Below are positions 1 to 11,300 of a DNA stretch of 64,000 nucleotides, in pieces (position 1 is the stretch's first letter; each line of letters opens with the position of its first letter). Origin of the DNA: a virus. The DNA is taken from IMG/VR virus record IMGVR_UViG_3300032116_000108, positions 16,133 to 80,132 of that record; one strand, written 5' to 3'. Below the pieces are notes generated by a model, which did not search any database, had not been told where the DNA came from, and saw only the letters and a program-made list of their open reading frames with translations. Position numbers and translations under genes: made by a program.

Positions 1-743
1 GTATTAATTACACATGTAGAAGTGTTAACTTTCCAAATTCCGTATTCGATTGGGGTACTAGCACTAATCACTACATTTTCAGTATTGGCGGTGGTCAGTC
101 CATAATCATAAACAACCGCATTATAAATTCCTGAACTCAATCCATTAATTAAATAAGGTAATGTGTTTGTTTGGTATAACGAATAATAAATCCCGTTTTT
201 ATAAAGTATTATATTATATGGAGATGAGTTTGATGTTGCATTTATATAAAATGATCCGTCATTATCACCACAAGTAGTTCCTGAAACACTATCTATTGTA
301 GTTTCAAAACATTGTGATATATTAACGTTAAAATAAAGTTCATTATTTTGTGGTGCTAATGAGTCATTTATCCTAAAAACGTATGTACTAGCACTTAAAC
401 CTGTATATGAAAATAAACTCGAACTAGTTTGTACAGGTATTGTGCCTGGTTGTGTGTTAGTAATGGTATACGGTGGTGTACCACCTAAAACTTGTGCAGA
501 AATAGTACCTCCACTTACATTATCACAAGTACCCGTTACTCCATATAAATAACTAATAGGTCCTTGATTACAGTTTAATGAACAAGTCGCACCACTATCA
601 ATGATTAAACCAACAGTACTAGCGGTGTATGTTTGATCAACACAAACAGAAACATCTGCAAATGCAAACCCTTGTTGAGCATTACCACAAGAGTCCACAT
701 AACTATAATAACCACCTAACGTTTTACCCGATATTCCCGCCAT
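1..743 (-). CDS. Partial (runs off window) SprB-repeat-like adhesin/virion protein
   Basis: Not in ORF track; translated by hand. ATG at 743 overlaps the upstream TAA (TAATG). MAGISGKTLGG...TCDNVSGGTISAQVLGGTPPYTI...GLSASTYVFRIND...TCGDNDGSFYINATSNSSPY...GLSSGIYNAVVYD resembles the SprB repeat pattern (C-x-G..GG.PPY..GL..G.Y...V.D). Confidence 0.7.
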   Translation of the reverse strand, partial: MAGISGKTLGGYYSYVDSCGNAQQGFAFADVSVCVDQTYTASTVGLIIDSGATCSLNCNQGPISYLYGVTGTCDNVSGGTISAQVLGGTPPYTITNTQPGTIPVQTSSSLFSYTGLSASTYVFRINDSLAPQNNELYFNVNISQCFETTIDSVSGTTCGDNDGSFYINATSNSSPYNIILYKNGIYYSLYQTNTLPYLINGLSSGIYNAVVYDYGLTTANTENVVISASTPIEYGIWKVNTSTCVIN

Positions 744-3733
744 TATCCACAATTAATTTGTACGTCCAAACCAATATATAATTTGATTTGTTTATTATTG
801 AAATCATCATAACAACTAGAATTACTTATTATAAGATTTCCTCCCGATAAATAGTAATTTAAACCGTCTTGGTATAATAATTCTAATTTATCGTCGATTG
901 CATTTATTATATCATAATAAGTTAAAGGTAAACCTGTAGTTAAATTTGAGGCATTTTGACCATATCCTGTATAAAATTTTTCCAATATTAAACTTTGCTC
1001 AGTATTTGTCAAAATATCTTTTAATCTTAAATCAACATACCAATCAGACAAGATCGTATTAAAATTACATTGGTTTGTTGTATAACCACTACTTGTTATT
1101 AATTGGTTTATTTTATTATTTAATACAGTTGCCGGATTAAAACTCGGTATATTACATGTTGTTGTTTGATCAATACAATCATACGTAAATGGCTCTCCAT
1201 TATATTCACATGGAGGACATATACTTTCAATAAATGAACACCCTCTTTGTCTTCTCCAAACTACTTTTTGTCTGTGAAATGCCGAATTATCCATTTTTTG
1301 TCCCGTCATCCACAACGCTGTTGCAGGAACAAATTGTTCCACAAGTCTAACCCAATAATCACCTAACCCAAGTGTATAATCTATCATTTTTTGATAAGTG
1401 TAATTATTTGTTGGTATATTTACAGTTTGTTGTGATTGAAGATATTTCCAAAAAATAGACTGTAGAGTTGGATACCCTCCTGTTTTACCATCAGATATTG
1501 TTTGTCTATTTCTAACATTAATCATGTTATTATAAAAAGTTTGAGCAAACTCAAAAAATGTTTTTTCTTTTGGTTTTGGGTTTATAACTGTCCAATCGTT
1601 TAAACCTGGTGATGGATAATTACCGGACAACCCACTATTCGGTATAGGGTAATTATATTGTACTGAAGTATTCCATACATCGTATGTCAATCCTTGTCCC
1701 ATATTTAAATATAACTCCATGTTTTTACTATTTATAACTAACCTATCATCACTAGTTTCATAAAGTGTCGATCCAAGACCATTAGTATATTTTCGTCTAC
1801 CAACCTCATCTTTTCTCCAAGATTTTTTGTTATCAATAGTCCTATATAAATTATATCCAAGTTCCATATATGGAAAATTTTCAAACCTATCTAAATATTC
1901 TTTTCCATATGTAAATGGAGCCAGTTTAGTCCTAACAATAGATGGTGTTACCGTAAAATTAGATAACTCAAAATCAACCACTTCCTGAGATCTATGTTGT
2001 GGTGTTACTTCAAACCAACCAGATCCTTTTTGGAAATAATAATCTGCAGTAAAAATAGGAACTTCGGGGTAACCCGTAATTAAATTTATTGGGTAATCTG
2101 TTTCATCTATTATGGTACTTTGTATAAACCCGTCAGTAGTAAACGCAGTGTATTTTACACCTCTAATTTTAAAAGTGTTGTTTGAATCTAAAGAAGGTCT
2201 TGTAAAAAACTTAGTACCTCCAGAAATTGTCGCATATTGGGAATCAAAATCTTCAATAGGGATTCTACTATCGGCCAAATAAATGTACTCGTTAAATTCT
2301 ATTAATTGTTCGGGAGCACCAATAAATCTTAAAATATATTCAATTGATTTTCTAGTACCTTTAGATCTAAAAAGATATGAAGCATTTAAAATTAAATTTC
2401 TATAAAACTGGTAGTTTAATTCTTGTGGTGTTTTTTGAACGGCCTGTCCCGAATAAATTTGTTCTTTTGATGTTGTAAAAATAGAATTCATTAAATCATC
2501 GTTAGTTATTGGTGTTGTTTTAGTATCAAACCCTAAAGTGTTTGCTAAATTCACTAACAACTGTGAGGGTATATCGTTACTCACTTTATAATTAACCGAT
2601 GTCATATACGCTAAAGAATCAATAAACTTTTTTGTTTCATCAAAACTTCTTCCGTATAACTGTAATACTTTTTCTACTTTTTGATCGTTAGTATCAAATT
2701 CTTTTATAGATCCTGAAGTTAAAAATCTACTTATTAAATTGGTTCTGTAGCTATCAATATTTTCCGTTATATTACTTAAATCTTGTAAGTATGTCTCAAA
2801 ATTATTGCTGAATATATCTAAATTCCAAAGTCCGTCTAACCCCCATGATAATTTTTGTGAATACATAGTTAACTCTCCGTTATCATCATATTCAGGATAT
2901 TCGTAAACAGAAGTATATAATGGAAAACTTTGTCTATTAAGAATATATTTTTCAACATAATCAAAATTTGTATTAAATATTTCTTCTGTTTTTTCATCAT
3001 TTGGTTTTATGATTAAAGTATCCGTTGTTGCGGTTTGTGAAGAAAAGGGGTTACCTTCAACAATAAAACTTAAAGTTCCCGCACTTATAAATGTCGATGG
3101 TGTAAAATCAAGTACCTTATATTGTGTGTTTAAATTTGAAACGTATAAAGAGAATTTTGTATAATTTACTTTAAGATTTCTATATTCACTAACTTTTATT
3201 GGTCTTGTTGCTAGATTCGATGTTGCGTTTATAGAGTAATCAATATCGAATGGGTTTTTTATTAATGAAATGTTTATATCAAAACTAGTTTCATTTTCAA
3301 TACTATCGTATTGTATATTAAAAGCGGTGTTTCCCGTAAACTGTGAAAAATTTTTAAAATCTACTTGTAATGCTGCGGGAAAATTACTTATAATTTTTGT
3401 AATAGATGAAGAAATTCTTTTACTAAAAGACCCATATAGTGAAAAACTAGTTACTTGTGATAAATCAAAGTTTGGTACTACTTGAAAGTTCTTTTCAACA
3501 AGTAATTTGCTTTGCTCTATATTATCAATTTTTAATGTTTCAAGGGTGTATGGTTGTGAAAAAACCCCAAGAGAAAAACTTCTATTTACTTTTTCAAAAG
3601 ATGATGTTGTAAATTGAAAATTACCTTGGGTTAATCCTCCGCCATCCACGACTTGAAATCCGACTAAATTGTCGGAAAAAGTTGCAGAACCTGTGGCTGC
3701 AATTGGTGGACATAAAAATTTAGTTTTAGCCAT
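743..3733 (-). CDS. Baseplate wedge protein, P2 gpI/T4 gp7-like core with extensions
   Basis: 996 aa in the baseplate cluster; LLVNLANTLG...YLFRSKGTRKSIEYILRFIG resembles the gpI-type KGT motif; Cys-rich C-terminus. Confidence 0.55.
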   Translation of the reverse strand: MAKTKFLCPPIAATGSATFSDNLVGFQVVDGGGLTQGNFQFTTSSFEKVNRSFSLGVFSQPYTLETLKIDNIEQSKLLVEKNFQVVPNFDLSQVTSFSLYGSFSKRISSSITKIISNFPAALQVDFKNFSQFTGNTAFNIQYDSIENETSFDINISLIKNPFDIDYSINATSNLATRPIKVSEYRNLKVNYTKFSLYVSNLNTQYKVLDFTPSTFISAGTLSFIVEGNPFSSQTATTDTLIIKPNDEKTEEIFNTNFDYVEKYILNRQSFPLYTSVYEYPEYDDNGELTMYSQKLSWGLDGLWNLDIFSNNFETYLQDLSNITENIDSYRTNLISRFLTSGSIKEFDTNDQKVEKVLQLYGRSFDETKKFIDSLAYMTSVNYKVSNDIPSQLLVNLANTLGFDTKTTPITNDDLMNSIFTTSKEQIYSGQAVQKTPQELNYQFYRNLILNASYLFRSKGTRKSIEYILRFIGAPEQLIEFNEYIYLADSRIPIEDFDSQYATISGGTKFFTRPSLDSNNTFKIRGVKYTAFTTDGFIQSTIIDETDYPINLITGYPEVPIFTADYYFQKGSGWFEVTPQHRSQEVVDFELSNFTVTPSIVRTKLAPFTYGKEYLDRFENFPYMELGYNLYRTIDNKKSWRKDEVGRRKYTNGLGSTLYETSDDRLVINSKNMELYLNMGQGLTYDVWNTSVQYNYPIPNSGLSGNYPSPGLNDWTVINPKPKEKTFFEFAQTFYNNMINVRNRQTISDGKTGGYPTLQSIFWKYLQSQQTVNIPTNNYTYQKMIDYTLGLGDYWVRLVEQFVPATALWMTGQKMDNSAFHRQKVVWRRQRGCSFIESICPPCEYNGEPFTYDCIDQTTTCNIPSFNPATVLNNKINQLITSSGYTTNQCNFNTILSDWYVDLRLKDILTNTEQSLILEKFYTGYGQNASNLTTGLPLTYYDIINAIDDKLELLYQDGLNYYLSGGNLIISNSSCYDDFNNKQIKLYIGLDVQINCG

Positions 3734-4641
3734 TAAGTAATTATATTTGTAAAGTTTTTAGTAAAATCAATATTACTACCTCTATCTTGTCTAACTTCGT
3801 ATAGTAATTCGTTGAAATTATCCCTAACTTCAAATAAGTTATATTGTTTATATATGTTTCCTGCCCTATCATATAAAGTATAAATCCCGTCATCGATACT
3901 TTTAGTTTGATTACCATAAAGAGCAATACCTAAAGTATCTAAGTCATACTCTCCTATTTCTATATCTACAGATATTGGATTGAAAAAAGTATTTGTTATA
4001 ATAATATTTTGATTGGGTTGTCCTATAAATGGGGTTGCGTTTGGTTTATTTGTAGGTGAAGATGATGGTGATAACGTACAAAATATTAAATTACTACCCG
4101 TTTCAACATATCTATATCTTAAAGTTTTTTGAGAACTATTAACCTGATCTGTTAGTGTCGGTTCACAAAAAAATGAAGATGTTATAATTCTAAAAAAGTT
4201 AGGAATTTTACTTCCGTCATTATTCAAATATTCTACTCTGTAACCAACAAGTCCTTGATTAACGAATTTGTTTCTAAAATTTTGAGGTACATTACTTATA
4301 TCCACTATAATCCCTTTAACGTTTGGTAAGGCGGATAGAGTACCACAATCGCTAATTCTCGTTCTTATTTGTGCAGGTCTTAAATAAACCGTGTAAACAC
4401 CTATCGCGTTAAACTCTTCTGCTGGTAGTTTTAAATTATATAAACCACCTAACACTTCAATATTAGTATTACCACCTGTGTTTCCATTATGGAAATAAGG
4501 TGTTAAAATTTGTGTTGAGTTTAATTTTTTAAGCGTAAAGTTTGCTGTAACATCTCTAGACGGAGTATAATGTAAAATTATCTCTACGTCTGCTGGTGAA
4601 ACGTCTGCGGGTCTTATTGTACCATATGAACCAAGTGCCAT
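3733..4641 (-). CDS. Hypothetical virion structural protein
   Basis: 302-aa ORF coupled (TAATG) to the next gene, preceded by the TATTTAT motif; no family recognised. Confidence 0.6.
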   Translation of the reverse strand: MALGSYGTIRPADVSPADVEIILHYTPSRDVTANFTLKKLNSTQILTPYFHNGNTGGNTNIEVLGGLYNLKLPAEEFNAIGVYTVYLRPAQIRTRISDCGTLSALPNVKGIIVDISNVPQNFRNKFVNQGLVGYRVEYLNNDGSKIPNFFRIITSSFFCEPTLTDQVNSSQKTLRYRYVETGSNLIFCTLSPSSSPTNKPNATPFIGQPNQNIIITNTFFNPISVDIEIGEYDLDTLGIALYGNQTKSIDDGIYTLYDRAGNIYKQYNLFEVRDNFNELLYEVRQDRGSNIDFTKNFTNIIT

Positions 4642-4677
4642 ATTTTTTTTATTTATAAATAGTTTATGTCCCTTTTT

Positions 4678-5760
4678 TTAGGTGGTGTTAATTTTAAAAA
4701 AACCATAACCATACCTTTGTAAATCCCCTACATTATCCACCTCACCAAGTCTTTGTGTGTATTCAAAAGGAGAGTATTTACCTCTTTCTACAAAAACGTC
4801 TGTCTGAACTTCAGGCGCCATAACAAAATCTAAAAGTAATTCGTCTTTTGTTAATCCAGATGATGCTAAATCATTAATAGTAAACCCTGATGACTCAAAA
4901 GAAAAGAAAGTCGTCCCACTAAAATAATCTATATAGTGTATTCCATCGATAGTGTATGCTATATAATCAGCCTCAATTTCATCAACAACACCAATACTAT
5001 TATCACTTATTTGTACAAAAAAACCAGGAATGTATTCTTGTGGTCCCCATAACCTAAGAAGTCTCAACTTAGATTTTGTCTTACCTACAATATTAAAAGG
5101 TACTTGTGTGTAGTTACTTGATACATGATATTGAGCATCATTAACAGAATCACCTGTAAAAATGTAGTTATATGAAATTGGTATCCCTGACCAAGACCCA
5201 CCTTGTTGTGTAAAAAAAACTTCACCTAATTGGTTATCTATGGTTACTCCCGTAAATGGTAAAAAGACTGGTTTTTGAATAGTTGTTAACCCAAAAGGAT
5301 TTAATTGTGATAATGTAATAATATAATTACCTGGTGAGTTTTGATACGTGTGTGATTGTTGCCCATTACTTGTAGATAATTGCCCTGATACGGATCCGTC
5401 TCCCCAATCTATTGTGTAATTAGCTAACTGCAAGTAACTGTTGAACACAAAAGAACTTGAATTATAAACGGTTACAGTATACGGGTTTTGACTATTACCT
5501 GAAATGACAAAATTTCCAACAATATCTTTTTGATCAATAAAACCACTAAACTCAGAATAATAACCAATATCATTATATGACTGATTTAAAATAATAGGTA
5601 TAGTTAAACCAGTTAAATATGAATTACCATTAGTTCCTCCACTAACTATTTCAGTCATAGATGAATAAACCCCAAAATCTACTCCATTATATGTTTCTTC
5701 AAAAATATCAGTTTTAAGAAACTCAGGACTAATTCTATATTTTAAAAAACTATTAGACAT
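4678..5760 (-). CDS. PKD-domain virion protein
   Basis: YTIDWGDGS...SHTYQNSPGNYIITL is a PKD/Ig-like signature. Confidence 0.65.
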   Translation of the reverse strand: MSNSFLKYRISPEFLKTDIFEETYNGVDFGVYSSMTEIVSGGTNGNSYLTGLTIPIILNQSYNDIGYYSEFSGFIDQKDIVGNFVISGNSQNPYTVTVYNSSSFVFNSYLQLANYTIDWGDGSVSGQLSTSNGQQSHTYQNSPGNYIITLSQLNPFGLTTIQKPVFLPFTGVTIDNQLGEVFFTQQGGSWSGIPISYNYIFTGDSVNDAQYHVSSNYTQVPFNIVGKTKSKLRLLRLWGPQEYIPGFFVQISDNSIGVVDEIEADYIAYTIDGIHYIDYFSGTTFFSFESSGFTINDLASSGLTKDELLLDFVMAPEVQTDVFVERGKYSPFEYTQRLGEVDNVGDLQRYGYGFFKINTT

Positions 5761-6653
5761 TATGGGTTAACGTATTCATACCATTTTATGGGTTCGTTAG
5801 TAGTTCCAACCCTTATTGTTGTGTTATTGTTTTCTTGAAAAACAACGTACTCATTTGTGTCGTAATCCAATTTATATTTCAAATAGAAATATATTTCTTG
5901 TTCCAAGTTTAACATGTTTATCCCTGAAAAATCGGACTGTGGTTTATTTATCATTCTTATAAATTCACCTTTTTTTGCGTTAAAGAATTTTACTGAACAA
6001 TATATTTCATTTGTAAGTAAGTAATCTTTATTTTTTAACCAGTATAAAAAATAACCCTCCTTATCTTTTCCTATTGAATCTAAAATAAATTTTGGTTTTT
6101 TTACTTCAACATTTGTTTGATTAGCCACGGGACCTATTGTGCCCGGTTCTTTAAGTCCTTGTTGTGTTGGTATAATAACGGTAAATAATAACAATTGATT
6201 TTGTGAATTATTTGTATCATAAAAATCTAATTTAAAAAAACTACCCTTAAATGAATTAGCAAAATAATATATTTCGGCATCTGTAAAACTGGCATTTTCA
6301 TAATCTGTTGCCCAATTGTTAATAGTAGAAGCAGTGACATTTGTTAAAAAATCAAAAAAGTAAAACTCATAATTTATAGAAGTTTCTATATTTGGTACGG
6401 TTACCGGTAATGTTACTTGTACACCTGATGGTAAAGTTGTTGTTATAACACTACTAATTAATTGGGTATAAGCCGAATGTGAAAACTTAGTAGTGTCTAA
6501 ATCAACTATGGGATTAATTAACTTATTTTTTATTTCTGTTTCATATTTTTGTATGGCATTATCTCTACCCTCAAAATCGAAATTCATATCAATAGGGATA
6601 TTAATATATTTACTATTACTTGATATTGAAAATCTATAATTACTCACACCCAT
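5760..6653 (-). CDS. Hypothetical virion structural protein
   Basis: 297 aa, overlapping both neighbours in the structural operon. Confidence 0.55.
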   Translation of the reverse strand: MGVSNYRFSISSNSKYINIPIDMNFDFEGRDNAIQKYETEIKNKLINPIVDLDTTKFSHSAYTQLISSVITTTLPSGVQVTLPVTVPNIETSINYEFYFFDFLTNVTASTINNWATDYENASFTDAEIYYFANSFKGSFFKLDFYDTNNSQNQLLLFTVIIPTQQGLKEPGTIGPVANQTNVEVKKPKFILDSIGKDKEGYFLYWLKNKDYLLTNEIYCSVKFFNAKKGEFIRMINKPQSDFSGINMLNLEQEIYFYLKYKLDYDTNEYVVFQENNNTTIRVGTTNEPIKWYEYVNP

Positions 6654-8349
6654 CTACTTCTATTGGATTTATTAGTATTGTATCAATTGTTTCAGTGTTT
6701 CTAAATACAGGGTGATGTAAAAATACTATATTTTTATATGGATAATGTGCCCCATTTACAAACGGTACATTCAATCCGTTTCCATCATTATCAATAAACC
6801 CATAATCATAGATATCTCTCCATATGAATTTCTCAAAATAGTTAGAGTAATAAGCATAAAATGGAGCGTTGTCAATCTCATCTATACCTGATCTTTCTTG
6901 GTAATCACTAAAAACCCTTACAGGTACACTATAATGTGGTTTATATAAGTAACCTGAAGGATATTGTGGGGCATTTATTGTTTGGTCATCTAAAAAAATA
7001 TTAGGATTATAAGAGTATTTGTGATATATAGGTGAAAGTATTTTTTCTATTTGTTCAATATTATTATATTCGCAAAAATCACCTTTTATCACATCCCCAT
7101 CATTTAAAAGTTTGTTATAGTAAAATGTTTGGTTGGACCTATTATATGAATCAACAAAAATGTTATCTTTATTATCTGTTGAGTTATGATTCCACCAATT
7201 ATCATAAGAGTCTTTTGAAAAGTTAAACTCCCATCCAACATCAATTGCCCTTGTTCCGTTACCGCTAGGTTGGTTAAACCAACCCATATATCCTCTATTA
7301 ACTATAGTAATAAACAATTCAGTAATTGGCCTACCATTACAATCGAGTAAATTCTCAATATCTATGTCCGAATTTACAGAAAACCCATAAGTTTGAGACC
7401 CGTCTTTTACTGAAATTCTTTGAACACTATTTGGTGTTAGACCTGAAAATTCTAATTTTTTCTTTATTGGAAATGGGTTATTTTCATACCCACTATTAAC
7501 TAAAAAAATGTCTTTTGGTGTTTTTAAAATCTTATGAAGTCTAACATAATAGTTAGATGTTGTTTCTGCAATATTAGAAATATCTGTCACTCTTTTAAAG
7601 TTGCCAACTCTTCCTGATACAATATCACTTGTATTAAATTTTAAATTGTATATTGCAAATACTCTTTTTTCTGATCTATAAGTTCCGTCACCTAAAGAAT
7701 ATACACTATATAAATCTTTATTGTTAATTGATATATTTAATTTAACGTAATCATTTTCTTTCAAATTGTGATCGGTGGCACAGTAAAAGAAAACTAATGA
7801 TTTTCCATCTATGGTTCCTGTATCTATAACAAAAGGTATCCCTTCACTTACTGAAAATGTGTTATTTACACCAAACTTTTCACTATAATATGTCATAGTT
7901 TGAGCGGTAGTACTACTATACGCATAACTAGTATAAACACCCCAATTATATGTTGTTGCACTTTTAGAAACAAAATCAATATGTGAAGTAACTGCTAAAT
8001 TTCTTATAAAAGAAAACTCATCATATTGAGGATATCCTTTCCATACATTAGTATTTACTGAATTTGCTGGATCTAAATAATATAAATTATTTTTAAACGG
8101 CGCATAATTAGTTTTTCCTGAAATTGAGTTATCAAATATGTTTATAATTTTACCACTTATTCTAAATATAGATGAGTTTTGTCTTTCAAAATCAAAAATT
8201 TGTGGTAAATCTACAAGTGTACTTCTATCTCCTTGGACATAGTTTCTGTAATTACTTTGTAGGTTTAAAGGTATTTGTTGTGGAGTTATTGTACTACCGG
8301 CAAATCTTTTATTACCTAAAATGTATGATATTTTTTTTTCTCCACTCAT
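6640..8349 (-). CDS. Hypothetical virion structural protein
   Basis: 569 aa, beta/aromatic-rich, translationally coupled within the operon. Confidence 0.55.
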   Translation of the reverse strand: MSGEKKISYILGNKRFAGSTITPQQIPLNLQSNYRNYVQGDRSTLVDLPQIFDFERQNSSIFRISGKIINIFDNSISGKTNYAPFKNNLYYLDPANSVNTNVWKGYPQYDEFSFIRNLAVTSHIDFVSKSATTYNWGVYTSYAYSSTTAQTMTYYSEKFGVNNTFSVSEGIPFVIDTGTIDGKSLVFFYCATDHNLKENDYVKLNISINNKDLYSVYSLGDGTYRSEKRVFAIYNLKFNTSDIVSGRVGNFKRVTDISNIAETTSNYYVRLHKILKTPKDIFLVNSGYENNPFPIKKKLEFSGLTPNSVQRISVKDGSQTYGFSVNSDIDIENLLDCNGRPITELFITIVNRGYMGWFNQPSGNGTRAIDVGWEFNFSKDSYDNWWNHNSTDNKDNIFVDSYNRSNQTFYYNKLLNDGDVIKGDFCEYNNIEQIEKILSPIYHKYSYNPNIFLDDQTINAPQYPSGYLYKPHYSVPVRVFSDYQERSGIDEIDNAPFYAYYSNYFEKFIWRDIYDYGFIDNDGNGLNVPFVNGAHYPYKNIVFLHHPVFRNTETIDTILINPIEVDGCE

Positions 8350-11300
8350 TACTCTTGACCTACTATATATTTTGATATGTACCTGTTCATTGCACTTTTT
8401 CCTTTATTTAAACCAAAATAAAAATGATAAGGGGCGCCAACAATAAAAGAATCAGTCGCTTGATTTTGCGAAGGTACCGGTGTTGGTTGTCCGTTATTAT
8501 CATAGTTTATAATGTATCCGGTATTATTACCGTTAGTTGCTTGAAAATATGGTATCCCGTTAAATGACATTGTTTGGTAATTTACCGAATATAAATTATT
8601 AGTTGTTTGTAAATCAGTATTCCAATCATTTAATTCGGATCCAAATATTGTTGGTGCGGGTTGTGGGTCGCTGGGTGTTGATGCTTGTGGGTCAACTTTT
8701 CTCCATTTGTAAAAAGGTACTTCTTGTGTTTTTGGATAAGGTATTAATTGTTGTACATTTCCAAAAGTATTAATTCCAGGGGTAAGAAGTATCCTATTTT
8801 CAGTATTAGCACTAAAGAAAATTCCAATTAATGCACTTCCTTGAGAATCTAAATATATATCAAAATCATCATAAAATTGATCATTAAATGGTACTATACC
8901 GTACTCTGAATTTATACTGAATAATTGTGCTAAATCTCCGTCTATTCTATTTTCACTTCTACTAAATATAGTATTAATTGAAGCATCTCCAGACCCTATA
9001 AGCCTTTGTCCGTTAGTTGAACTAAGTAATCTTGATAAAATAAAAAATAAAAGTATATCTGAAGTTTCATTAAATGATGTGGATTTTATAGTTTCTATTA
9101 AATAACCTTCAAGTTCAGGATTAAAACATATTTCTTTCGCAAATTGATCTCTAGCCCCTAAATCCATTATTGTTGTTGGGAAATGGATATTTCTTTTATT
9201 CATTCCTTTAAACTTAGGTTCAGCATCAACCCATGTTATTGTTGTGGTGTCAAAATATTTAGGTTTTTGACCTATGAAACCATTTGTTATATTATATGGT
9301 GTTGCCCTATAGAAATAACCGTTATAGTCTTCGTTGTAGTAAACAGGCCCCTGATCGCTGTAAAAAGTATCTTTTGATCCGCAGTGTATTCTTTTTGTTG
9401 GGTTTCCTTGTATATCAAATATTGTTTGTTTTTTTATTGGAAACATGTATAGACTTCCGTTGACCCAATTATTTTGAAATACGTGACTTATAACTCCTCT
9501 ACATGCTGCGTATGTGAATCTGAATCTAGCCTTCCATTCGGCAAAAAAATTAATGTCTTTTTTAATACTCTCAACTTTAAAAAATGGTTCTTGTACGAAA
9601 TAATAACAACCACCAATCACTCTTTGTGTTGATAAACTTGTATCTTCATTTGTTAGACATGGGTCTGAAACAGAAAAAGAGGTTCCTTGTCCAACATAAC
9701 AATCAAGTGGCTTTAAACCCTCACAGGTTAAAGTATTAAGAATCGCATCATTAACTTGACTTGAGTTATCATCAGCAAAATCTTGAAAATTATTAGTAGT
9801 ATCTGTTTGTTGATTTATTTGGTAAGTAAGACCTTCTAAAATTCCTTGATCTGAAATTCTATATATTGCAAAATTATCATTTAAGAAAAGTGAATAAGAA
9901 GTGTTTCCATTAACTTCTGTCGTAGTCGATGTTGGTAATCTGTCGCTTCTAAATACTAATCTAGTTTTATTTGTCATTATAGTGTCTGTCAAATAGTCCA
10001 TATGATATGCCGGCGAAAATATTCTCACAAATGTTAGGGGATCGACTAAATTAACCCTTTCTCCTGGGCTTTTTGTTGATGCCAAAAAAGTGGATCCTTC
10101 AACAATACCTTGTTTAAAAACAGGTGTACCATTGTTAGGGTCGGTATAGATTGGTCCCACGTTATCTGGAGGATCTCCTTGTGTCCATTGAACCCCTATG
10201 GTATTACTACCTTGTGTCCATTGATAACTAACCAAAGTCTCTCTTCCTAATCCATTTGTAAAGTCCCCAATATTATATATATCATTAGGAAATGCGACGT
10301 GTGAAACTCTAGATTTATCAGTAGAGTTATAATATTTTAATGAATTATTTGTAAATGCGCTCCAAGGTTGTGTTATGTTAAAATTATTATACGGTCTGTG
10401 GTACAAAACAGGGTTTGTATTATTTATAACATCGTGACTTTCAGGCGTGATTCCACCTGTATACCATTGTGAGTTTGAAATTCCTTGTTCTTGCCATGCC
10501 AAATTTGTTGTTGATGGTCCCGTTAATCCTTGTTGCCATTGTGGAAAATTTGGTTGTACGGGTATATTCAAATAATAGTCTCCTTTTATTTTTAAAGTAC
10601 TACCTATTAAAGGAGATAAATCATATTCGATTGTTTGTTTTTGTGTGTATGGATCAACCCCTCTAGTTAATATTAAAATTTCTTTATTATAGAAATTTTC
10701 AAAAAAGAATTTTGGGTAAGCATTAAATCCTGAGGCAACATTTCTCCAATAACTTAAAGGATCGGCGTTTGATATAGTTCCTGTTTCTGATAAACTTCCG
10801 TCTGTTCCTATTTTTGCAAAATTTAGTCTTTGGGTATTATTTGCACTATTGAAGCTAAAATTCCCACCAACATAATAACCTCCATTTGGATCTTCTTTTA
10901 TTGTATTTACTGATGTTCCCCAATCATTTCCAGCATCGAAAGTGGGATCAATTGATCCGTCTTGATTAATTTTTAAAATGTTAGTCCTATCAAGTGCGGC
11001 AAAAACACCACCAATCAATATTTGATTATTACTATCAATTTCCACACTTCTTATTTCAGATAGTGCGGTAAAATCTTGTAAATTCTGTTGTAATTCTGTG
11101 AAAATATTAAATAAAGTATCCACAATACCTGTCGGTGTTATCCTTACTAATTTTTGTATATTTGAATCCCCTCTAAACTTCGTCATTTTACCTCCGACAA
11201 GTATATTGTCATTAGCATCTACTTTTACAATTTTTACTTCTCCCACAAACCCATTTGGTTCACCAGGAATTAGTGTCGTCACATCAAAACTGGCGTCTAT

